Source of the DNA: Candidatus Latescibacterota bacterium
GTDB lineage: Bacteria > Latescibacterota > UBA2968
DNA: 64,000 nt
NCBI GenBank assembly: GCA_965204375.1
Contig: OZ241986.1
Location: 3,328,001-3,392,000, forward strand
Reading direction: 5' to 3'
The notes beneath the pieces are model-generated. The model was not told the origin of the DNA. It worked only from the letters and a program-made list of their open reading frames with translations, and did not search any database. Below, piece by piece: positions 57,127 through 64,000 of this stretch. The stretch's first letter is position 1. The number at the start of each line of letters is the position of its first letter. The translations under genes were made by a program, and so were the position numbers.

Positions 57127-59559
57127 TCACTTCCTACGCCTTCTCCTATTCGTCGCCGGGTTTTCTGCGATAATCTTCTCGCAAGCCGCCTTCGTCAAAG
57201 ACGACGCCTCCACGCCCTTTGGAATGCGGTAATTATTTCCATTGTGTTTGATATAAGGACCATAGCGCCCGGCAAGAACCTGAATCCCGTCAAAATCGTG
57301 AATCACATTCTGCGACTGCCTACCGCCTGCTCCGCCCTGCATAAATTTCTCGAGCGTCTCGCGGTCTAATGTCGCCGCATCCATCCCTCTGGGAATCTTA
57401 TAATTCTTGCCATCCTTGCGAATATAAGGACCATACCGTCCATTGAGCACCTGGAAATCGCCAAAATCCTGAATCACATTTTTGGCTTTGCGCTCTTCCT
57501 CAGCAGCCGCGATCTCCAACGCGCGAGCAAGCGTCACCTCAAACAGATCCTCTCCCTCTGGCAAGGAGAAGAAGTTACGACCTATTCGCACATAAGGACC
57601 GTATCGACCCGTATTGACCTGCACCTCATCACCCGCATCATTTTGCCCGAGCTTGCGGGGCAATTCAAAACACTTGAGAGCATCGGCCAATTCAATATCA
57701 AAAATACTCCGATTGGGGGGCAGCGATGCAAACAAGGGCTTTTCCTCTTCACCTATACTACCAATTTGAACATAGGGACCATACTTCCCAAAACTCACAC
57801 TCACCTCGCGTCCCGTATTGGGGTCTTTGCCCAACTTGCGTCCAATTTTATCAACCGACTTTTTGTCTTCCACCCGCTTATTAAACGGCGGATAAAACGC
57901 CTCCAACATCTCCTTCCATGAATTTTTGCCCTGTGCAATCTCGTCAAAATCGTCTTCGAGATGCGATGTAAAACGCAAATCGACAATATCGGGAAAATGC
58001 GCCATCAAAAAATCGTTCACCACCTCGCCGATATCTGTGGGTTTGAGCTTCTTATCTCGCGTGCGTTCCACATACTCCCGGCTCTGAATCGTTGAAATCG
58101 TCGGCGAATAAGTCGAAGGCCGCCCAATACCCTCGCCCTCGAGCTTCTTCACCAGCGAAGCCTCTGTATAACGCGCGGGCGGTTTGGTAAACAACTGCTC
58201 CAAATGCAACTTCTCCAAATTGAGCACCTGTCCCTTTACAACCCTGGGCAAAATCACATCTTTGTTGCTGACGTCCGCATCTGGATTATCGGACCCCTCG
58301 GTATAAACCCTCAAAAATCCAGGAAATAAAACGCGCTGTCCCTTTGCCTCAAAAATCAATTCACCCGCCTCACCTGCCCGAATGCGAATCGTCGTATATG
58401 CAATGCGTGCATCGGCCATCTGCGTCGCCAACGTGCGCTTCCAGATCAAATCGTAAAGCCGAAACTGTCGGGGATCGAGATGTGCTCTAACGCCGTCGGG
58501 TTTAATCGATAAATCCGCCGGACGAATCGCCTCGTGCGCTTCTTGCGCCCCTCTGGTCCTATTGGCAAATCGCCGGGGCTTTTCCACCGTGTAATCCGAG
58601 CCAAATTCCCGCGCGATCACCTCCCGCGCCTGATTCACCGCCTGCTCGGCCAAACTCACCGAATCGGTACGCATATACGTAATCAGACCGCCGGTATATC
58701 CGGGAATTTCAAAATTGCCCTCGTAAAGCTGTTGTGCAACCCGCATCGTCTGCGCCACAGAAAAACTTAGTTTACGAGACGCCTCTTGCTGCAGCGTCGA
58801 TGTCGTAAACGGAGGCACGGGCCGCCGCACGCCCTCGCGCTCGACCACCTCTGCCACGACAAATTGCCCCTTCAGCGCACTCGCTTCAATAGCTCTGGCC
58901 TCGGCTTCATTTTTCACAGACGCTTTTTTGCCATTCTGCCGCGTCAATGCAGCCTGAAATTTGGGATCCTTAAAATCGGATTTAATCCTCCAATATTCCT
59001 CTGGCTTAAACGCCCGAATCTCCCGCTCCCGATCAACGATAATTCGCACCGCCACACTCTGCACGCGTCCGGCTGACAATCCGCCCTTTACCTTTCTCCA
59101 CAACAAAGGCGACAACTCATATCCCACAGCGCGATCCAAAATGCGACGCGCCTGTTGTGCATCCACCAAATTTTGATCCAGTTCGCGCGGATTTTCAAGC
59201 GCGTGCAAAATCGCAGACCGGGTAATCTCGTGGAACACAATCCGCTTAATGGACTGATTCTTAAGCCCCAGCGCGGAAATCAGATGCCACGAAATAGATT
59301 CCCCTTCGCGGTCTTCATCCGTCGCCAAATATACAGTCGTATCTTTTTCAATATCCTTTTTCAGCGCCTGAATCACGCTGCGCTTGTCTTGTGACACCAC
59401 GTATTTGGGATCAAAACTCTCCACATCAAAGCCCAACTCTCGTGCGGGAAGATCGCGCACATGCCCCATAGAAGCGGCGACTTTGTAGTCCTTGCCCACA
59501 AATCGAGAAATTGTGCGTGCTTTAGCAGGTGATTCGACAATAATCAAATTTTTCGCCAT
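57127..59559 (-). CDS. topA: DNA topoisomerase I with C-terminal Toprim_C repeats
   Basis: LIIVESPAKA, LATDEDREGE, SAGRVQS, ITYMRTDS, AQEAHEAIRP, GIGRPSTY, G(R/K)YGPY x4. Confidence 0.97.
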   Translation of the reverse strand: MAKNLIIVESPAKARTISRFVGKDYKVAASMGHVRDLPARELGFDVESFDPKYVVSQDKRSVIQALKKDIEKDTTVYLATDEDREGESISWHLISALGLKNQSIKRIVFHEITRSAILHALENPRELDQNLVDAQQARRILDRAVGYELSPLLWRKVKGGLSAGRVQSVAVRIIVDREREIRAFKPEEYWRIKSDFKDPKFQAALTRQNGKKASVKNEAEARAIEASALKGQFVVAEVVEREGVRRPVPPFTTSTLQQEASRKLSFSVAQTMRVAQQLYEGNFEIPGYTGGLITYMRTDSVSLAEQAVNQAREVIAREFGSDYTVEKPRRFANRTRGAQEAHEAIRPADLSIKPDGVRAHLDPRQFRLYDLIWKRTLATQMADARIAYTTIRIRAGEAGELIFEAKGQRVLFPGFLRVYTEGSDNPDADVSNKDVILPRVVKGQVLNLEKLHLEQLFTKPPARYTEASLVKKLEGEGIGRPSTYSPTISTIQSREYVERTRDKKLKPTDIGEVVNDFLMAHFPDIVDLRFTSHLEDDFDEIAQGKNSWKEMLEAFYPPFNKRVEDKKSVDKIGRKLGKDPNTGREVSVSFGKYGPYVQIGSIGEEEKPLFASLPPNRSIFDIELADALKCFELPRKLGQNDAGDEVQVNTGRYGPYVRIGRNFFSLPEGEDLFEVTLARALEIAAAEEERKAKNVIQDFGDFQVLNGRYGPYIRKDGKNYKIPRGMDAATLDRETLEKFMQGGAGGRQSQNVIHDFDGIQVLAGRYGPYIKHNGNNYRIPKGVEASSLTKAACEKIIAENPATNRRRRRK

Positions 59560-59582
59560 CAAAACATCCTTTATCATTCAGG

Positions 59583-59609
59583 GTAGGGGCGACGCGCCTG
59601 TATCCGCCC
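59583..59609 (+). repeat. Degenerate GTAG-type REP-like element
   Basis: GTAGGGGCGacgcgcctgtatcCGCCC. Confidence 0.55.
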
Positions 59610-59649
59610 ATTGCAGTCCAGAAAAAAATACGCGCACCAATTACAAAAG

Positions 59650-61710
59650 TCAAGGTCGCGTCCCTCGGCTCGTGCGCGCAGACTGTGCAATAAGCATCTC
59701 TGCGCCCATCGCCATCAAAGCTGCCAACAGCACCCATCGCCAGAGTTCCTGACCGTGCCTTTGGGAAAGAATAATCTCCTTCAAATCGGCCTTGCCATCC
59801 ACAACGCGCAAGCGATCTTTACCAAAAAGCGCCTCGAGTCGCGCCATTGGAACCGGGGTCAAATCGGGTTCGCGCGCATCAATCTGAACGGCAAAACGAT
59901 CAGAGACGCGCTCGCGCGCAAAAATCTCCCAAAGCCCTGGCTCATCCACCACGCCAACCGGCCACACCGATTGCAAGCCGCGTTGTTGAGGCCAAATCGT
60001 TCTGGGTTCTCCACCTGGCGCTTGCAAAACAGCTTCAGAAGCATTTTCCCGTCGGATATCTCTGTACACGACCTGACCGACGCGATAGTCAGATTGACCA
60101 AATGCCCCGGCCGCCAGATATCCGCTCAGGCGATGCACAAATGGGACAAAAAAGCCGGAAAGCGGCGCGTCATTCCATCCCAAATTCGCACTTACCGAAG
60201 AAGCAAACAGCACGACGCGCCCATTGCCCTTGCGAGACTCGAGAAGCGCAGGTGCCCCCGAAGCAAAGGACAACACAGGGCGTGCATTTGCCGCGGGCAA
60301 AACCCGATAAGAAACAAAAAAACGCGGGCTTTGAAACGCCCCCTTGAGTTTCAGGCCCGATAGCATGGGATGATCGGGCAAAACCGTCTGCAAAGCCTGA
60401 TAAGCACCCGACAACGCGCCCCGAGTACCGAGCAATTTGGCCGGAAAAAGCGCGGGCAACACATGCTCATTATAATATCGGACATCTATTTGATCCCCCA
60501 GGAAAATAGCCAGACCAACCCCGCGCGATATCCGATTTTGCAAAGCGGCAATTGCACCTGTAGAAAGCCGCGCGACATTGCACAAAAAAACCACATCAAC
60601 ACCTTCCAACACCTGATCTGATACGCGTTCGGGTGTAACATGCACCACCTCGCTTGAGACAACGGACAAAGCCTCTGCGAGATAATAAGACTCGTGGGAC
60701 ACCTGACCCACCAGCAAAATGCGAACGCGCTCTGGAATGCGCAACACCGTCACGCGCTCGTTGTCTGCCTCGAGAGCGTCTGCCCCTATTTCCACGCGCA
60801 GGGCAACATCCCCCCCTGTTTTGGGCACAAACGACGTATGCAATTTGCGACGCCCACCCGCAGGCACATGGGCAATATCCTGGCCAATGCGCCGACCATC
60901 CAAAAATATCTGCACAGGCACATCGCCTCGATTTGCCACACCATAATTGATCAATTCGATCGCCAGCGTGGTTGAACGCCCGACCTCTGGAGAAGTGGTA
61001 TTGATCTGCCCGATGCCAATATTGGCAACTTGCGAAGGCCGCTCGGAAATGATGTACACCGATACATCGTCCAAATTAGACAATGTATCGGGCAAACTCG
61101 CCCATCCATTATATGCGCGATCCGTTACAAAATACAACTCGCGATTGGGCATCTGTGACCCGGACAAATGCGACAAAGCCAATTGCAATCCCGCCTCAAA
61201 ATCTGTACTGCCAAATCCGGGTTGCAGAGTATCCATAAACAACCGCAACCGCTCTGGCGAAGTCACATCAACCTCCTCGACACCCTTGTCGATCAGTGCC
61301 AGACGCACATCGTCGCGCTCATCAAACAGAGCCAACAGAGCCTGCGCCTTGCGAAGTGCGCGCTCAAACAAAGTACCTTCTGATGTGCGGTATTGCATAC
61401 TCAACGAACGATCGAGCAAAATAACTGCCGACGTACCCGCATCGCCCACCTGCCCACTGCCCCCACTCAAAGTCGGACGCGCGAAAGCCAGCACAAGCAA
61501 AACAATGAGCAGGGTTCGCAAAATGAGCAACGCGAGATGCTTGAATTTTAGCCGTCGCATGCGGTCGTGCTGGAGTTTTTGCAAAAGCGCTACATTTGAA
61601 AACGACACCGTTACTGCACGGCGCCGATTCAGCAAATGAATCACAAGCGGCAACAACGCCGCCCACAAACCGTGCAACAACATCGGATTTGTAAATGAAA
61701 GACCGAACAT
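59650..61710 (-). CDS. BatA N-terminal domain + vWA membrane protein
   Basis: F.NP..L......PLVIHLLNRRR...F...LL..LR...LAFARP; LLDRSLSM; VTD; C-terminal ELWRW. Confidence 0.88.
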   Translation of the reverse strand: MFGLSFTNPMLLHGLWAALLPLVIHLLNRRRAVTVSFSNVALLQKLQHDRMRRLKFKHLALLILRTLLIVLLVLAFARPTLSGGSGQVGDAGTSAVILLDRSLSMQYRTSEGTLFERALRKAQALLALFDERDDVRLALIDKGVEEVDVTSPERLRLFMDTLQPGFGSTDFEAGLQLALSHLSGSQMPNRELYFVTDRAYNGWASLPDTLSNLDDVSVYIISERPSQVANIGIGQINTTSPEVGRSTTLAIELINYGVANRGDVPVQIFLDGRRIGQDIAHVPAGGRRKLHTSFVPKTGGDVALRVEIGADALEADNERVTVLRIPERVRILLVGQVSHESYYLAEALSVVSSEVVHVTPERVSDQVLEGVDVVFLCNVARLSTGAIAALQNRISRGVGLAIFLGDQIDVRYYNEHVLPALFPAKLLGTRGALSGAYQALQTVLPDHPMLSGLKLKGAFQSPRFFVSYRVLPAANARPVLSFASGAPALLESRKGNGRVVLFASSVSANLGWNDAPLSGFFVPFVHRLSGYLAAGAFGQSDYRVGQVVYRDIRRENASEAVLQAPGGEPRTIWPQQRGLQSVWPVGVVDEPGLWEIFARERVSDRFAVQIDAREPDLTPVPMARLEALFGKDRLRVVDGKADLKEIILSQRHGQELWRWVLLAALMAMGAEMLIAQSARTSRGTRP

Positions 61711-61724
61711 GAGAAAAGTTCAAA

Positions 61725-61754
61725 CAAAAAAACCTGCTTCATAGAAAAGCAGGT
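61725..61754 (-). terminator. Intrinsic terminator after PTS IIA gene
   Basis: Minus strand ACCTGCTT-ttctatg-AAGCAGGT then T-run. Confidence 0.7.
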
Positions 61755-61779
61755 ATCAGGTTAATTCTTATGATATTTA

Positions 61780-62241
61780 TTAGTTTTTCTTATCTTCCGC
61801 CTCAATAATCGCCAGAGCCTCCTCGCGATTTCTAATGCCAATCAGACGCTGTCTAAAATCCTCTCCTTTGAGCACCCTTGATATCCGCGCTAAAGCTTTA
61901 ATATGCGGTCCCGAGACATCCAGAGGCGAGACCAGAAGAAAAAAAATGTAGGTCTTTTTGCCATCTAAAGCATTAAAATTGATACCATCCGACTTGATAC
62001 CCAGCACACCGCCCAGCGTCGTGGCATATTCCGATTTCCCATGGGGAATGGCAATACCGTGCCCAATACCCGTACTCATAATATCTTCGCGCTCTAAAAC
62101 CGCCTGGAGCACCTTATCGCGGTCAGTAATTTTATCGCCTACTTCGAGTTCATTAACAAGCTCCTCGAGAATTTCCCGCTTGTTTTGCCCCTTAAGCCCG
62201 ATAATGACCGATTTGCCCGACAGAATCTCCATCAACGTCAT
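61780..62241 (-). CDS. ptsN: PTS IIA component (Ntr/fructose type)
   Basis: ERE..MSTGIGHGIAIPHGK, INFNALDG, HIKALARISR. Confidence 0.85.
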   Translation of the reverse strand: MTLMEILSGKSVIIGLKGQNKREILEELVNELEVGDKITDRDKVLQAVLEREDIMSTGIGHGIAIPHGKSEYATTLGGVLGIKSDGINFNALDGKKTYIFFLLVSPLDVSGPHIKALARISRVLKGEDFRQRLIGIRNREEALAIIEAEDKKN

Positions 62242-62488
62242 AAATGCCCTTTCATTCGAGTGAGAGCATAGACATCCCTGCCTGCGCGCCTATCCGCACA
62301 CATCGCGTTTAGACGGAAAATAAAACGCCCCCTCAACTAAGTCAAGAAAATTAGATATATTTATACCTGCACAGCCTCATAAGTCACAAAAGTCATTGAG
62401 AAATTTGGCAAAAGTTTTTAATGTTAAAAAGAAACCGAAAATCCAAACAGGCGTGTAAAAACTGCCACGACACGATAAAGGATTATCC

Positions 62489-64000
62489 ATGCACAAAGTC
62501 CTCTACTCGACCATTTATCTACTCCTCATAAGTTTTGCAAGCACGGGATTCGCGCAAAACCGCGACCTCCACGACGTCATCAACCGGTTGAAAGCAGATC
62601 TGGCTACCGCGTCTGATTCGTCGGCGAACTACGCGCGCATGGGCCTGCTCTATTTGCGCCTTGAAGAAGCCGACAGTGCCGAAGCAGCCTTTCAAAATGC
62701 ACTCGCCTTGCGTCCCAATCTCGCCATTGCCCACACGGGCCTGGGTCGCATGTACCAAAACCTGCGAAACAAACCCGACCGCGCACTGTCACACTACGAA
62801 AAAGCGGTCGCTATCGACACCACAGACGCCGACGCCCACGACCGCCTCATCAAAACCCTGCTCGTGCTCGAAGATACCGGAAGTCGCGCACGAAAAGCGG
62901 CTTCCCAAACCATTGCGCGATTTCCCGACCTGCCTTCTCCCTATCTCCTGCTCGCTCGCGCACATCGCGAAGAGGGAAGCGCGCATCAAGTCGCGCTGTA
63001 CTACTACAAAAAATACCTCGAGCGCAACCCCGAAGACCACGAAACCGCATACCAATTTGCCTACGCGCTATACGAAGCCAAAGAATACCGGGACCTCGAA
63101 GACATCACATCGCGCATGCAGGGAGACCCCCGCGCACTACCATTGCTCGCCCAGGCCCTCATACAAAGACGCGACCACGAAGGCGCATTGGCGGCATTTC
63201 AACGCTATATTGAGACCCTGCCGGAAGAAGAACAGCCCCTCTTTGACGACATCTCTTATATCGGCTCAAGAGCCGAAGCGCGCGCTTACCGCCTCGCGTC
63301 GGCCTCGGACGACAAAACACAACGCGAGCGTTTTCTCACACGCTTCTGGTTGCAAAAAGATCCCTTTAAAACCTCGGGAGGCGCACTGCGCCGAGCCGAA
63401 CACTACCGCAGGGTATGGCATGCGCGAACCCATTTTGGCAGAAAGTGGCCGTGGGATCGCCGGGGAGAAATCTACATTCGATATGGAGAACCCGATTACA
63501 TCTCCACCTCCCGCAAACTCAACGCCATCGTACCACTCGATGTACAGCGCCTTCAAGAACAAAGAGCGTACGCGATTTACGGCGATGCGGGCATTGAGGC
63601 AAACTTCGTCGGTCCCGTCTATCCGATTCGCACCATGGAAGAAGGGGGCCTGGGTCGCGTGGGCAATATGGGCTTTACTGACTACCGCCCCGTCACAACG
63701 ACCAGCGGCTGGACCTCTGTACCCTGGGAAGTATGGATATACAAAAACCTCGGACAGGGCGCAGAATTTACATTTACCGATGAATTTCTGGGCGGAAACT
63801 TCGATTTTGCCCCCGTCCCATCGCTGACCGAAGAAGACCTCGCCAATGCCGAATCCTCCGGGCGATCGTACATGAGCGTTATTCAGCGCCTCAACGAATT
63901 TAACCCCGCCACCCTCGCCCAATCGCTCGCGGCAATAGAACCCGAATTGTACAGCATAGAAACGCTCGATCCCCTCGACTTCTACTTCGACGCCCTCACC
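62489..64000 (+). CDS. Secreted TPR + GWxTD-like domain protein, runs off window edge
   Basis: Own translation MHKVLYSTIYLLLISFASTGFAQ...; TPRs (AEAAFQNALALRPNLAIAHTGLG); RFW..KDP...EHYRRV.HA..HF...WDRRGEIYIRYGEPD; absent from the ORF track because it has no stop in the window. Confidence 0.85.
   Translation, partial: MHKVLYSTIYLLLISFASTGFAQNRDLHDVINRLKADLATASDSSANYARMGLLYLRLEEADSAEAAFQNALALRPNLAIAHTGLGRMYQNLRNKPDRALSHYEKAVAIDTTDADAHDRLIKTLLVLEDTGSRARKAASQTIARFPDLPSPYLLLARAHREEGSAHQVALYYYKKYLERNPEDHETAYQFAYALYEAKEYRDLEDITSRMQGDPRALPLLAQALIQRRDHEGALAAFQRYIETLPEEEQPLFDDISYIGSRAEARAYRLASASDDKTQRERFLTRFWLQKDPFKTSGGALRRAEHYRRVWHARTHFGRKWPWDRRGEIYIRYGEPDYISTSRKLNAIVPLDVQRLQEQRAYAIYGDAGIEANFVGPVYPIRTMEEGGLGRVGNMGFTDYRPVTTTSGWTSVPWEVWIYKNLGQGAEFTFTDEFLGGNFDFAPVPSLTEEDLANAESSGRSYMSVIQRLNEFNPATLAQSLAAIEPELYSIETLDPLDFYFDALT

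Noticed and set aside
62661-63827. 388-aa ORF in the track
   Set aside because: Off-frame shadow of the TPR/GWxTD-like gene that starts at 62489

Overview
Bacterial chromosomal window, mostly minus-strand housekeeping genes (recO, ftsB-like, proB, hisF/hisH, proC, ilvE, rsmA, tatD, metG, holB, HU, dinG, relA/spoT-like, ubiX/ubiA-like, xerC, topA, PTS IIA). The GWxTD-like, BatA and dockerin-tagged secreted proteins suggest an FCB-related lineage such as Latescibacterota/Gemmatimonadota (inference only). Two co-oriented accessory blocks interrupt commonly conserved gene neighbourhoods. (1) About 5.4 kb between metG and tatD holds an AAA/PD-(D/E)XK protein, a GNAT, an orphan HicB, a GIY-YIG-like protein and a HindIII-family restriction-modification pair. 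(2) About 18 kb between topA and xerC holds intact and decayed toxin-antitoxin modules and a tightly packed 8-gene, 14 kb operon: Zn-ribbon protein, vWA-like membrane protein, lipoprotein trypsin protease, 1130-aa tubulin/FtsZ-like protein, Ig/Zn-ribbon-fused Hsp70-like ATPase, membrane GrpE-like protein, and a ZorA-like/ZorB-like ion-motor pair with no ZorC/D/E. This operon is the best candidate for an undescribed system. A second candidate is a promoter + 31-aa leader peptide + terminator (attenuator-like) element upstream of holB-metG. No rRNA, tRNA, CRISPR array or transposase was recognised. All calls come from motif reading, with no database searches.
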